From an uncultured Methylomirabilota bacterium (GTDB lineage: Bacteria; Methylomirabilota; Methylomirabilia; Methylomirabilales; 2-02-FULL-66-22), in NCBI GenBank assembly GCA_963705305.1, contig OY970067.1, forward strand, positions 4,928,001-4,992,000: DNA of 64,000 nt, read 5' to 3'. Both the position numbers and the translations under genes were made by a program. Shown one piece after another: positions 50,025 to 60,074 of this stretch. Numbering within the stretch: the stretch's first letter is position 1; the number at the start of each line of letters is the position of its first letter. Below the pieces are notes generated by a model. It did not search any database and was not told where the DNA came from. It saw only the letters and a program-made list of their open reading frames with translations.

Positions 50025-50053
50025 ATGATAAGCAGGCTGCCTGCGCCTGTCAA
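50025..50053 (-). promoter_or_regulatory. sigma70-type promoter candidate for the liv operon
   Basis: TTGACA-17 bp-TATCAT. Confidence 0.6.
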
Positions 50054-50119
50054 GCGAAGTCGTCATGAGCTTCCCCCTCCCCCCGGCCATCGAAAGCCGC
50101 CGGAAAGATGCGGGCCGCC

Positions 50120-53100
50120 TCAGCCCGGCACCGTCGCGTCCGGAGCCCGCAGCTCTTCAAAAGGCACGAAGCCTCGCCGCATCGTGTTCTCCGTGACGAC
50201 GCGACTGTCCAGGAACTGCAGCAGGTAGTCCGGGCCGCCCGCCTTGGAGCCCACCCCGGACATCTTGAATCCGCCAAAGGGCTGCCGGCCGACGATCGCC
50301 CCCGTGATGCCCCGGTTGATGTAGAGGTTGCCGATGCGGAATGCCCGGCGGCACCGCTCGATATGGCTCGGGGTGCGGCTGAACACACCGCCGGTCAGGG
50401 CGAAGCGGGTGGCATTGGCCCAGGCGAGAGCCTCCTCGAAATCCCGCGCCCGCATCACCGACAGCACCGGTCCGAAGATCTCTTCCTGAGCCAGCCGATG
50501 GTCGGGAGGCACCCCCGTCACGATCGTCAGCGGGACGTAATATCCGTGGGTGTCCGGCACCTGACTGGAGAACTCGACGCGGCCCTCTTGGCGGGCGAGG
50601 GTCGCATACTCCAGGATTTTTTCCTGGGCGGAGCGGTCGATGACCGGCCCCATGAAGTTGGCGGGGTCTTCCGCCGGCCCGATCCGGACAGACCGGGCCA
50701 CGCTGAGGAGGCGCTCCAGGAAGCGCGTGTAGACGGCGTCCACCACGATGGCGCGCGAGCAGGCGGAGCACTTCTGGCCCTGGTAGCCGAAGGCCGAGCG
50801 GACCATCGCCGGCACCGCCTCATCGAGGTCGGCGTCGTCGTCGATGACGATCGCATTCTTGCCCCCCATCTCGGCAATGACCTTCTTCACGGACGACTGG
50901 GTCGGACTGCAATGGGCGGCGCGCTCCAGGATCCGCAGGCCGGCCTCCATGGAACCCGTGAAGGCAATGAGGTTGATCTGCGGATGTTCGACGAGCAGAT
51001 CGCCAATGACCCGGCCGCGCCCGGGGACGTAGTTGAAGACCCCCGCCGGCAGCCCGGCCTCCCGGAAGATCTCTGCCAGCGTGTGCCCGACGATGGGGGT
51101 CAGGCTTGAGGGCTTGTACAGGACGGGGTTCCCGGCGACGAGCGCAGCGGCGCTCATGCCGCAGCTGATCGCCAGCGGGAAATTCCAGGGGGCGATGACG
51201 GCGGCGACCCCCTTGGGCTCGTAGAAATACTCGTTGGACTCGCCCGGCACGTTCCCGAGGTGGCGCGGCTCGCCCAGTCGCACCATCTCCCGCGCATAGT
51301 AGTTGAGAAAGTCGATCGCTTCGGCGACGTCCAGGTAGGCCTCGGTCCACTGTTTGCCCGCCTCCAGCGTCTGCCAGGCTGCCAGCTCGAAGATCCGCCG
51401 CCGTGCCGCCGCGGCCGCTTTAGCCAGAAACGCCGCCCGCGCCTTCGGCGACGTGTCTCGCCAGGCCGGGAACGCCTTCGCGGCGGCGGCGATGGCGGCC
51501 TCCACCTCGGACGGACCCGCTTGACACACAGAGCCGATGATCTCGGCGGGGTTTGCCGGGTTCCGGGAATCGAGTCGATCCGCAGTTCTGACCTCTTCCC
51601 CACCGATCCGGAGGGGATAACTCTGTCCCAGGCATGTCCGGACCCGGGCGAGGGCCGCGAGATAGCTCTGCCTGGCCTCCCGGTCCGTCCAGTCCGGGAA
51701 CGCTTCCTGCCGAAAGCCCGCCTCGACTCCTGTCGGCCCGGAGGTCTCCTTGGCAGCGGTCGAGCCGAGATCGACGTGGCGGCCGTGGGGAGATTCCAGC
51801 AGGTGCTCTCGCTCCACCCCCTCCACGAACGTCTGGCGCAGGAAAGACTCGTTGGCCGTGTTCTCCAGAAGGCGGCGGATCAGGTAGGCCATGCCGGGCA
51901 GCAGCTCCCCGTGTGGGCAGTACAGGCGAACCCGACCCGTCAGCTTGAGCAGCGCCTTCCGGAAGGGCTCGGCCATGCCATAGAGCGCCTGAAACTCGTA
52001 GCGGTCGTCGGGCACCCGCCGGGCGCGGGCAAGCTCTACCACCGCCGAGACGGAGCGGACGTTGTGCGAGGCGCATGCCAGATGGCAGATATCGTGGTTC
52101 GCGAGGACCTTCTCGGCCATCCGCTCGAACGCCGCGTCCGTTTCGGTCTTGACGGAATAGACGGGGACCGGCCAGCCATACTGCCGGGCGACCACCGTCT
52201 CATAATCCCAGTAGGCTCCCTTCACCAGGCGGACCGAGATCGGGAGGCCCTCGCCTCGCGCCCATGCCAAAAGATCGCCCAGATCCCCCTCGCTCTCGTG
52301 CAGATAGGCCTGCATCGCGATCCCCAGGTGGGGATAGCTGCGGAATTCCGGCTCCGCGCGCAGGCGGCGGTACAGATTGATCGTGACGTTCTTGAGCCGC
52401 CGCATCTCCACGTCCAGGCAGAGGAAACCCCGCAACCCGATGATTTTCCGGTAGAGGGGCCGGAGCCTCGCCAGCATGCCCTCCACAGATTCCTCGGGGA
52501 TGACGGGATCGGCCAGCGAGAAGAGGGCCGACGGCTTGACCGAGATGTTGACCCGCGGTGCGTGGCCCCAGTCGAGGCCGCTCATGCCGCCGGCCAGGGC
52601 CGGCCACGTCCGCTGCGCCTCCTCCAGGCCATCGAGGAGCCGCAGGTAGTTCGCGACGTACTCGTCGGCCTCACGCTCGCTGATGGTTGCTTCGCCGAGG
52701 ACGTCCAGGGTGAAGGCGAAGCCCTGGGCTCGCAGACTTTCGAGCCTCTCCAATGTCTCCGGCACCCGGGACCCGACGATGAAGTCCCGTGCCAACATCT
52801 CGAGGTTCTTTCGGATCGCGACAGTCGCGGCCGACCTGGCAAGGCTCCCGCCCCATCCCAGACCTTTGAGCCCCCACCGCAGCGCTGCGGGCAGGCTTTC
52901 CTCCGCCCCGAAGTACTCCTCGAGGTGGCGCCCGAGAGCGTCCGCGGAACCCAAGTACGGCAAAACGTCAATGAATCGGAAGAGCTGCACCTTGAACGAT
53001 TCGTTCTGCATACAGGCGTCAAGGACCTTTCCGGTCCAGGCCGCTTTGTTGAAGAGGGAAGGTCGCTCGCTCCCGATGAGGGCGAAGAACTCCCGACCGC

Positions 53101-53134
53101 GCGCCCGCACTGTTTCTTCAAGATGTTCGCGCAT
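50120..53134 (-). CDS. putA: Bifunctional proline dehydrogenase / P5C dehydrogenase (short PutA, no RHH domain)
   Basis: RLVKGAYWD, EFQALYGM, YLIRRLLEN, then ALDH motifs PWNFP, FTGS, EMGGKN, GQKCSA, EEIFGP. Confidence 0.95.
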   Translation of the reverse strand: MREHLEETVRARGREFFALIGSERPSLFNKAAWTGKVLDACMQNESFKVQLFRFIDVLPYLGSADALGRHLEEYFGAEESLPAALRWGLKGLGWGGSLARSAATVAIRKNLEMLARDFIVGSRVPETLERLESLRAQGFAFTLDVLGEATISEREADEYVANYLRLLDGLEEAQRTWPALAGGMSGLDWGHAPRVNISVKPSALFSLADPVIPEESVEGMLARLRPLYRKIIGLRGFLCLDVEMRRLKNVTINLYRRLRAEPEFRSYPHLGIAMQAYLHESEGDLGDLLAWARGEGLPISVRLVKGAYWDYETVVARQYGWPVPVYSVKTETDAAFERMAEKVLANHDICHLACASHNVRSVSAVVELARARRVPDDRYEFQALYGMAEPFRKALLKLTGRVRLYCPHGELLPGMAYLIRRLLENTANESFLRQTFVEGVEREHLLESPHGRHVDLGSTAAKETSGPTGVEAGFRQEAFPDWTDREARQSYLAALARVRTCLGQSYPLRIGGEEVRTADRLDSRNPANPAEIIGSVCQAGPSEVEAAIAAAAKAFPAWRDTSPKARAAFLAKAAAAARRRIFELAAWQTLEAGKQWTEAYLDVAEAIDFLNYYAREMVRLGEPRHLGNVPGESNEYFYEPKGVAAVIAPWNFPLAISCGMSAAALVAGNPVLYKPSSLTPIVGHTLAEIFREAGLPAGVFNYVPGRGRVIGDLLVEHPQINLIAFTGSMEAGLRILERAAHCSPTQSSVKKVIAEMGGKNAIVIDDDADLDEAVPAMVRSAFGYQGQKCSACSRAIVVDAVYTRFLERLLSVARSVRIGPAEDPANFMGPVIDRSAQEKILEYATLARQEGRVEFSSQVPDTHGYYVPLTIVTGVPPDHRLAQEEIFGPVLSVMRARDFEEALAWANATRFALTGGVFSRTPSHIERCRRAFRIGNLYINRGITGAIVGRQPFGGFKMSGVGSKAGGPDYLLQFLDSRVVTENTMRRGFVPFEELRAPDATVPG

Positions 53135-53880
53135 CACGATCGACGCCTCCTTGCCACCACCACCCGCTCCCCTTTTCCCCGCTCCATCTTCGCGTTGAAA
53201 TATCGGACATGCGCCTGCGCCAGCGAGCGAGCCGCTTCCGTATCCCGCTTCCCGATCGCTTCCAGGATCCGGCAGAGATCCTGGTGGTTTCGCTCCATCA
53301 GGCGCCGGTCCCGCGACAGAAATTGCTCGAAATAGGGGTAGATGTTCTCGTAGATCGTCTGCGCCACCGACTCGAAGATCCGGTTTCGGGTCATCCGCGC
53401 CAGGTGCAGATGGAATCTGTTGTCCTCGGTTATGATGGCTTCCCAGTCGAAATCCGCGCTGGCCAGATGCCCTTCGATGACCCGAAGGAACGAATGCAGG
53501 ATGGACAGGTCCTCGCGCGTCGCCATGCGGGCCGCCTGCGCCGCCACCAGCCCCTCCACGGCCTCCCGGAATTCCGCCAGCTCCCGCAGGCTGATCTTCT
53601 GGTAGCGCATCAAGAGGTCAAGGCTTTCGCTGACGAGCTTCGTATCCACGGAGCGAACGATCGCCCCGCCCCTGACCCCCGTCTTGATGGCGAGCAGCCC
53701 TTTCTGCTCCAGGGTGCGCAGGGCCTCCCGCAGGGTCCCCCGGCTGATTTGGAAGACCTCGCGGAGCTGGCGCTCAGCCGGCAGTTTCGCGCCTGTCTTC
53801 AGCCGGCCCTGGAGAATCGCCTCCTGGATCTGGTGCACGACATCCTCGAAGACCCGGCTCTGCTTGGATGGTCTGAACAT
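53134..53880 (-). CDS. GntR-family (FadR subfamily) transcriptional regulator
   Basis: KLPAERQL..ISRGTLREAL HTH; FCD domain; stop overlaps the putA start. Confidence 0.92.
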   Translation of the reverse strand: MFRPSKQSRVFEDVVHQIQEAILQGRLKTGAKLPAERQLREVFQISRGTLREALRTLEQKGLLAIKTGVRGGAIVRSVDTKLVSESLDLLMRYQKISLRELAEFREAVEGLVAAQAARMATREDLSILHSFLRVIEGHLASADFDWEAIITEDNRFHLHLARMTRNRIFESVAQTIYENIYPYFEQFLSRDRRLMERNHQDLCRILEAIGKRDTEAARSLAQAHVRYFNAKMERGKGERVVVARRRRS

Positions 53881-53916
53881 CGCCCCTTCCATGAAAGGTC
53901 TCTTCAAAAGTTATTA

Positions 53917-53933
53917 TAATGGTTTAACCATTA
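53917..53933. promoter_or_regulatory. Candidate FadR/GntR operator
   Basis: Perfect palindrome TAATGGTT-T-AACCATTA (TGGT-N3-ACCA) overlapping a TTGACT-16 bp-TGTAAT promoter candidate (53930-53957, minus). Confidence 0.75.
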
Positions 53934-54234
53934 CACCGCCTGCGAGTGCGAAGTCAAGAATGATCATAAAGACCTCCGAGGAGTAGGTGGAGCGGCGGTA
54001 GAATGAGGGCACCTGGGCGCAGCATGCCAAGGGCACGGAGCCGCGTCACATCCTTCGGGAGGCAGTCCGGTGGCACGAATCAAGGCTGCCGGGCTCCCCG
54101 GGCTGGGATGCCGGTGCGTCATGGCATTTACACATTTGTGTCGGCCCGAGGGCAATGTTTCGACGCAACCCGGAGAGGACATGACAGGATCTGCCATGCC
54201 TCCCCGCGCAAGGATGGACTCGAGGGAAGACCAT

Positions 54235-54828
54235 TCAAAGGCTGCGCAGGTAACCGAAAAAGCGGTCTAATGTTTCCGGGTTGAGATTTTCGGCGGTGAT
54301 GCTCTTCATCGTCGCCAGGAGAGTCCCATGCTCGCCCTTGAGCTGGTTGAACTCCGCACGGAAGAGCGCCAGAAGGGCTTGCTGCTTTTCGGGCGCAGAA
54401 AAGTAGGAGACGGCCTCCGCATGGTTGTCGGTCAGCAACCGTAGGCTTTCGTCCAACCGGGGCGCGTTGAAATCGGCGTGTTTGAGACCGCCCAGGGAGA
54501 TGGTCCGCAACAGCATGCCGGACTTCGGCTCAACATGGAAGCGAAAGCCAGGCCCCGCCCCCCTCTGGAGAAACAATTTGGCTGTGGGGGGGTACACGAT
54601 CGTCAGAATGCTGCGCCACGCCATATGGTCATCCGGATCGATCCAGGCCCTCTCCTCCACCCCGCCATGATCGCGCCGCATGTATGACCTGCCGATCTTG
54701 AACACTGCGCTTCCGCCCAGCTCCTTCGCCAGCCTCCTGGCAGTCTTGTAGCGACACGATTCGTACGCGTAATAGTAGGCCAGCACGAAAAGCAACAAGG
54801 CGGGGAAAATGAGGTAGGCGATCAGCAT
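54235..54828 (-). CDS. Hypothetical membrane-anchored protein
   Basis: GAGG RBS, N-terminal TM helix, 197 aa ORF. Confidence 0.7.
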   Translation of the reverse strand: MLIAYLIFPALLLFVLAYYYAYESCRYKTARRLAKELGGSAVFKIGRSYMRRDHGGVEERAWIDPDDHMAWRSILTIVYPPTAKLFLQRGAGPGFRFHVEPKSGMLLRTISLGGLKHADFNAPRLDESLRLLTDNHAEAVSYFSAPEKQQALLALFRAEFNQLKGEHGTLLATMKSITAENLNPETLDRFFGYLRSL

Positions 54829-55286
54829 GTGTCATTTCCTCTTCGACAGCGGCCATGAAGGGCGGCGGGTCCGGCCGCCTGCCGCCTTCGCTGGCGCAAC
54901 CGCTCCACAGTGGTGCAATCCGTCATCACAGAACCCCGGCAGGAACACCAGCAGGAGAGTCCTGTCCGTCAAAGGCTCTCCTGCCTGCGGCGTCGACTAT
55001 GGGACGTTCGAGCGCCGGTGTTGCCCCCTCGTGCCGGTGCGGTGCGCACGCTACCATTGTCGAGCAAAAAGTCAAGGTTGCGCCGCGAGGCGCCTTCGGC
55101 TTGACCCCCTGCGTATGGGTCGAAGGAGGAGTACGAATCGAGGCGCCAACTCTCCCTTGACATCTCCAACAGCCCAGTGTATTCACACCCCCGGCTTGCC
55201 CCATCCCCCCCGACCGGTTCGGCTGGGATGCTCGGGCCTTGCTCGGTGCGCGGTGGCAATGACGTTCCCGACATGGAGGCTGACGC

Positions 55287-55775
55287 ATGAGCATGATCGA
55301 GAGTCGTGATCCGGTACCGACGTGGCTGGCCGCCAAGATTCGGCGGGCGGAGTTCTTGGCCGCTCTCCTCGCGTGCGGTCCGGTTGCAGGCCGTCCTTCT
55401 GCTGCTCGCGGCCGTCGAGCTGTTATAGCGGCTCGGAGAGACGGAAAGCCCGTTCGTGCCGCTGTTCTGGAACGGGGTGTTTCTCGTCGTCCTGTATTTC
55501 CTCGGGAAGCCGCTCCTGCGGGCGGCTCACGTCCTGCTGCGCCCCGAAGCGTCCGACGAGGTCGCCTATCTTGCCGGTTCGGCTCCCTGGTGCCGACAGT
55601 GAGGCAGATCGAGAGAGAGCTGGAGCACTCGCCCCATGCCGCCGGGGCCGAGGCGGCACTCACCGACATCTGGCTGGTCGTTTCGCGCCGCAGCCGATTC
55701 GCCGTCCGGCGTCTGGACGACCTCGTGTGGGCATTCGTCCGGACGACGACCGCAAAACTCAACTGGAGTCAAAGC
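55287..55775 (+). pseudogene. Decayed membrane-protein gene
   Basis: Protein-like segments in different frames (PLFWNGVFLVVLYFLGKPLL; RFGSL..VRQIEREL..LTDIWLVV..RLDDLVWAF) with an internal TAG; GGAGG RBS. Confidence 0.5.
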
Positions 55776-55800
55776 CGTCCAATTCCACGGAGTGTGGAAT

Positions 55801-55821
55801 CTTGGCGTCATGGCGGTTCAA
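55801..55821. repeat. Short dispersed repeat CTTGGCGTCATGGCGGTTCAA
   Basis: Exact match with 34496-34516. Confidence 0.65.
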
Positions 55822-55863
55822 GGCTTTTTGCGGCTTAAGGGACATCGGCGAAAGGAGACGGGG

Positions 55864-56550
55864 ATGACGACGCTGTTGACGGCGGAGGCGCTGGCGGAGC
55901 TGCGCCGGATGGATTCGCCCACGGTGGCCAACGCCATCGAGGCGTTCGGCGTGCGAGACGATACGGAGGGCTTCCTGGGAATGGATATCCCCTGCCTCAC
56001 TCCCGAGTTCGGAGTCATGGTGGGGTATGCGGTGACGATCACCGCCGACAGCATGACGCCCGGCAAGGCGCGCGATCGCCGGGGCCTGGTCAGGGTGCTC
56101 GAGGCCGTCGCCGCCTCGCCCCAGCCGGCCGTCCTGGCGGTCCAGGACGTGGGAAGGCGGCGCACGCACGCCTGCTTCCTGGGCGACGTGATCGCGACCC
56201 TCACGCGGCGCCTGGGCGCCGTCGGGATCGTGACCGACGGCGGCGTGCGGGATCTGGACGGGGTGAAGCCGCTGGGCTTCCACGTCTTTGCGCCGGGACT
56301 GGTGGTGGCCCACGGCACGTTCAACTTCCTCGACGCCGGGGTGCCCGTGGAGCTGAGCGGGGTCCGCATCCGGCCCGGCGACCTTCTCCACGGCGACGCC
56401 AACGGGGTGGTGACCGTCCCCCTGGAGATCGCGGACAGGCTGTACGCGGAATGCCTGAAGGTGCGAGATCGCGAGACGGCCCTGAAGGACTATGCCGGCA
56501 GCCGCAAGTTCTCCCTGGAGGGCATACGGACCAGGCTGCTCGGGAAGTAG
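55864..56550 (+). CDS. RraA-family / HMG aldolase-like protein
   Basis: AAGGAG RBS; SPTVANAIE, VGYAVT, VTDGGVRD, PGDLLHGDANGV. Confidence 0.88.
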   Translation: MTTLLTAEALAELRRMDSPTVANAIEAFGVRDDTEGFLGMDIPCLTPEFGVMVGYAVTITADSMTPGKARDRRGLVRVLEAVAASPQPAVLAVQDVGRRRTHACFLGDVIATLTRRLGAVGIVTDGGVRDLDGVKPLGFHVFAPGLVVAHGTFNFLDAGVPVELSGVRIRPGDLLHGDANGVVTVPLEIADRLYAECLKVRDRETALKDYAGSRKFSLEGIRTRLLGK

Positions 56551-56620
56551 CAACGCGCACGCGGGACGCCCGGGGTTGCGCGGGGTGCACCCGCCGCCAT
56601 CGGCCCCGAGACCGCCGGCC

Positions 56621-57301
56621 CTATGGCCTCCCGCCGGGGCCCTTCGGCGGCGGCGCGGCGGCGCCCATGGCCTGCCTGGCCTCGGCGATGAATCGCTCCG
56701 CCGTCTGGTAGTCCTGGCTCCCCGCCCCCACCGACCGCTGGAAGGCCTCCCAGGTCTTGATGGCGGCCGGATAATCCTTCTTCACGCGCTGGAGCAGGCT
56801 GGCCTTGTCCCACAGAGCGTCGATGTAGTCGAGCTGGATGGTTAAGGCCGCCTCGTATTGGCGCAGCGCCGCATCCGCCTGCCCCCGCCCCTGCATGATC
56901 TCCCCCAGGTAGTCGATGGCCTCCACGTTTTTGGGCTCGATGGCCAGCACCCGCTTGTAGAGGGCCTCCGCCTCGCCCGGCTGGTTCTGGGTCAAGTGGG
57001 CATGCGCGATAGCCATGAGCGCCTCCACGTCGCGCGGGTTCTGGAGCAGCCGCGTCTGCCACATGGCCGAGGGATCCGACGCCGGCCGCGCCGCGGAGGG
57101 CGGCGCGGCCGGCGGGGGGCTGGAGGGTCCGGTGAAGCGGTGGGCCAGGTAGCCGCCCGACACCCCGATGACCAGGGCGATCGCCACCAGCGCCACGACC
57201 GATGGAACCGTCAATTGCCCCGCCAGCAGGGAAGGCGCCCGCCGGACCGGCGCCTCGGGCTGCGGGGTCCTCTTCTCCCCTTGCTGCTTCTTCTTTCCCA
57301 T
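56621..57301 (-). CDS. Membrane-anchored TPR protein (CcmH/CycH C-terminus-like)
   Basis: One TM helix, Pro-rich linker, TPR repeats. Confidence 0.8.
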   Translation of the reverse strand: MGKKKQQGEKRTPQPEAPVRRAPSLLAGQLTVPSVVALVAIALVIGVSGGYLAHRFTGPSSPPPAAPPSAARPASDPSAMWQTRLLQNPRDVEALMAIAHAHLTQNQPGEAEALYKRVLAIEPKNVEAIDYLGEIMQGRGQADAALRQYEAALTIQLDYIDALWDKASLLQRVKKDYPAAIKTWEAFQRSVGAGSQDYQTAERFIAEARQAMGAAAPPPKGPGGRP

Positions 57302-57370
57302 CCCATCACCTCGGCCGCCGGAACCGCGAAGCGCCTGCAGCAGAATCCCCCTGCCGGCGCGGCCCGGACA

Positions 57371-58129
57371 TCAGCGGAGAAGTCGCCGCTCGATCTGGAA
57401 GAACCAGTCCGGCGTCAGCGAGAACGCCAGCCGACTGAGCAGCGTGAAGTAGTCGGTCAAGAGCAGGATGCCCAGCAGGATCAGAACCACCCCGCTTCCC
57501 CGCGTCACGACGGGGAAGAAGTGCTTGAACCGGTCGAAGAAGGCCAGGAAGTGGCGGATGGCCAGCGCGCTGGCGAAGAAGGGAATGGCCAGCCCCAGCG
57601 AATATGCCCCCAGCATCAGGACTCCCGTGGAGGCCGTCTGGGCGACCGACGCCAGCGTCAGGATGGCGCCCAGGATGGGGCCGATGCAGGGGGTCCAGCC
57701 TGCGGCGAAGGTGATCCCCGTGGCCACCGCCCCCAGGTAGCCCGCCGGCCGTCCCGCCAGCTCCACCCGCCACTCCCGGGCCAGGACCGGGATGCGCAGC
57801 CAGCCGGCCACGTACAGTCCCATGAGGATGATGAAGATTCCGCCGACTTTCCGGATGACATCCTGGTACTGAAACAGGACCTGTCCCAGAACGGTGGCCC
57901 CGGCCCCCAGCGTGACGAAGACGGCGGAGAACCCCAGGATGAAGCAGGCGGAGTTCAACAGGATGGCCCGCCGCGTCCGCGGGTTGGCCACCGAGCCCTG
58001 GAGCTCTCCGAACGAAACGCCCGCGACGAACGAGATGTACGAGGGGAGCAGCGGCAGGACGCACGGAGAGAGGAAGGACAGGAGGCCCGCCCCCACCGCC
58101 ACCAGAATGTTCAGCTGCGCCCCGGGCAT
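57371..58129 (-). CDS. ccdA: Cytochrome c biogenesis protein CcdA
   Basis: SFLSPCVLPL and WTPCIGPILG. Confidence 0.93.
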   Translation of the reverse strand: MPGAQLNILVAVGAGLLSFLSPCVLPLLPSYISFVAGVSFGELQGSVANPRTRRAILLNSACFILGFSAVFVTLGAGATVLGQVLFQYQDVIRKVGGIFIILMGLYVAGWLRIPVLAREWRVELAGRPAGYLGAVATGITFAAGWTPCIGPILGAILTLASVAQTASTGVLMLGAYSLGLAIPFFASALAIRHFLAFFDRFKHFFPVVTRGSGVVLILLGILLLTDYFTLLSRLAFSLTPDWFFQIERRLLR

Positions 58130-58144
58130 GCCAGTCTCGTCCTC

Positions 58145-58723
58145 TTACCGCGCACCGTTCGCCAGGAGCTGGGAGAAGTAGCGCCGGGCCGGCGGACTGT
58201 CCCAATCCCGCGCGCCATAGGCCCACCACAGGATCCGTCCGTTCCGCCCGATCAGGAAGGTCACCGGGATCCCGCGCAGCCCGTAGTGGTAGGCCGCGGT
58301 CCCGTCTCCATCCAGCAGGGTGGGGAAGGTCAGCTTCAGCTCCCGAATGAAGACCGCCACCACCTCGCGCCCCTCCTGCATGTCCACGGCCAGCACCATC
58401 AGACCCTTGTCGCGGTAGGCTCCGTAGAGCTGCTCCATGGCCGGCATCTCCTCCCGGCAGGGTCCACACCAGGTTGCGAAGAAGTTGAGGAGGACCACCT
58501 TCCCCCGCAGGTCCCTGAGGCTCATTCGCTTCCCGCCCAGGTCCGGCAGGCTGAAGTTGGGTGCGTCGACCCGCTCGGTGGGGGCCTGGAGCACGAACTC
58601 CTCTAGGAAGTCGGCGGAGCCGGCCGCGGCCGCCGCGCCGGGCAGGAGCAGCCACGCCAGGCACATGACCAGCCATGATCGAGCGAGACCCCGAAACAGC
58701 GGACAAGCGGGCAGCGTCGCCAT
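58145..58723 (-). CDS. TlpA/ResA-family thiol-disulfide reductase
   Basis: APNFSL, NFFATWCGPCREEMP, IPVTFLI. Confidence 0.9.
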   Translation of the reverse strand: MATLPACPLFRGLARSWLVMCLAWLLLPGAAAAAGSADFLEEFVLQAPTERVDAPNFSLPDLGGKRMSLRDLRGKVVLLNFFATWCGPCREEMPAMEQLYGAYRDKGLMVLAVDMQEGREVVAVFIRELKLTFPTLLDGDGTAAYHYGLRGIPVTFLIGRNGRILWWAYGARDWDSPPARRYFSQLLANGAR

Positions 58724-58742
58724 CGGAATTCAGTCGGCTCCC

Positions 58743-60074
58743 TTACTCTTTGATCTGCGCCTTCGCCAAATCGGCCACGGCCGACACGACAATCCGGTCG
58801 GGATGCAGGTACTGCTGCGCCACCCGCTGGATGTCCGCGGCGGTCACGGCGTTGATGAAGTCCGCATAGCGGTCCAGATAGTCCGGACCCAGTCCGTAGA
58901 ACTCCACGAAGGCCAGCCAGCGGCTGATCTTGCCGTTGGTATCCAGCCGCAGGGGGAAGCTGCCCGTGAGGTACGCCTTGGCGTCCGCCAGCTCGGTCGC
59001 GCCCACGGGCTGGTCGCGCATGCGGCGCATCTCCTGGAGCACCGCGTCCACCGCCTCGCGGGCGGCCGCGTTCCTGGTCTGCAACGAGACGCTGAAATCC
59101 CCGGCGTACTTCCCGGCGTCGAGGACGCTCCGCACGGAGTAGGCCCAGCCCTTCTCCTGGCGGATCTTCTCTACCAGCCGCGAGGAAAAGCCGCCGCCCA
59201 GGATGTAGTTCATGACCTGGAGGGGATAGTAGTCCGGATCCTCCCGCCGCACCCCCAGGTGGCCCAGGGTGATGTTGGCCTGGGTGACGTCGCGCTGGAT
59301 GGTCCGCACCACCGACGCCGTCAGCGGCGCGGGCGCGGGCGGCACGGGGATCTCGACGTTCCCCCTCTGCCAGCTCCCCAGGCGCGCCTCCAGCCGGCGG
59401 CGGAGATCCGGCAGGCGCACATCCCCCACAACCGCCAGGATGGCGTGGTCGGGCCGATAGTAGGCCTGGTGGAAGCGCACCAGATCGTCCCGGGTAATGG
59501 TCGGAACGGAGGTCTGGCTTCCCTCCACCGGTCTTCCGTAGGGACTGGCCCCATACACTAGGGCGGCGAATGTCTCGGCCGACACGGTGCCCGGATTGTC
59601 GCGCTTGCGCCGGATCCCGGCCAGGACCTCCGCGGCCGTGCGGGCGATCTCGCCAGGACCGAAGGCGGGATGCTGCAGGACGTCGGCCAAGAGGTCCAGC
59701 CCCCGGTCCAGATCCTTGCTGAGGATCGACAGCGAGATCTGGGTGAGGTCGTGCCCTGCATCCACCGAGAGGGCTCCCCCCACGAAGTCGATGGCGTCCT
59801 TGATCTCTATAGCGGAACGGGCGGCCGTCCCCTGCATCAGAAGCTTGGCGGTCAGGTTGGCCACGCCGGGCTTCTCGACCGGGTCCAAGATGGACCCGGC
59901 CTGGATCAACACGGTGACCGTGACGATCGGCACCGCCGGCTTCTCCGCGACCAGGACGACCAGGCCGTTGGGCAGGACCTCGCGCGTCCCGAGCGGGGCA
60001 GCCGGAGCGGGGACGGCCAGCAGGCACAGGACCACGGCCGGCAGCAGCCGGCGGAGCACGCGCAGCGGCCTCAT
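58743..60074 (-). CDS. M16-family peptidase, non-catalytic subunit
   Basis: Signal peptide; LPNGL, SSRL..IR..GWAY; no HxxEH. Confidence 0.88.
   Translation of the reverse strand: MRPLRVLRRLLPAVVLCLLAVPAPAAPLGTREVLPNGLVVLVAEKPAVPIVTVTVLIQAGSILDPVEKPGVANLTAKLLMQGTAARSAIEIKDAIDFVGGALSVDAGHDLTQISLSILSKDLDRGLDLLADVLQHPAFGPGEIARTAAEVLAGIRRKRDNPGTVSAETFAALVYGASPYGRPVEGSQTSVPTITRDDLVRFHQAYYRPDHAILAVVGDVRLPDLRRRLEARLGSWQRGNVEIPVPPAPAPLTASVVRTIQRDVTQANITLGHLGVRREDPDYYPLQVMNYILGGGFSSRLVEKIRQEKGWAYSVRSVLDAGKYAGDFSVSLQTRNAAAREAVDAVLQEMRRMRDQPVGATELADAKAYLTGSFPLRLDTNGKISRWLAFVEFYGLGPDYLDRYADFINAVTAADIQRVAQQYLHPDRIVVSAVADLAKAQIKE

Noticed and set aside
55322..55867. Cys/Ser-rich ORF as a RiPP precursor or metallothionein
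   Set aside because: Better explained as an off-frame reading of a Leu/Val-rich decayed membrane gene; no modifying enzymes nearby.
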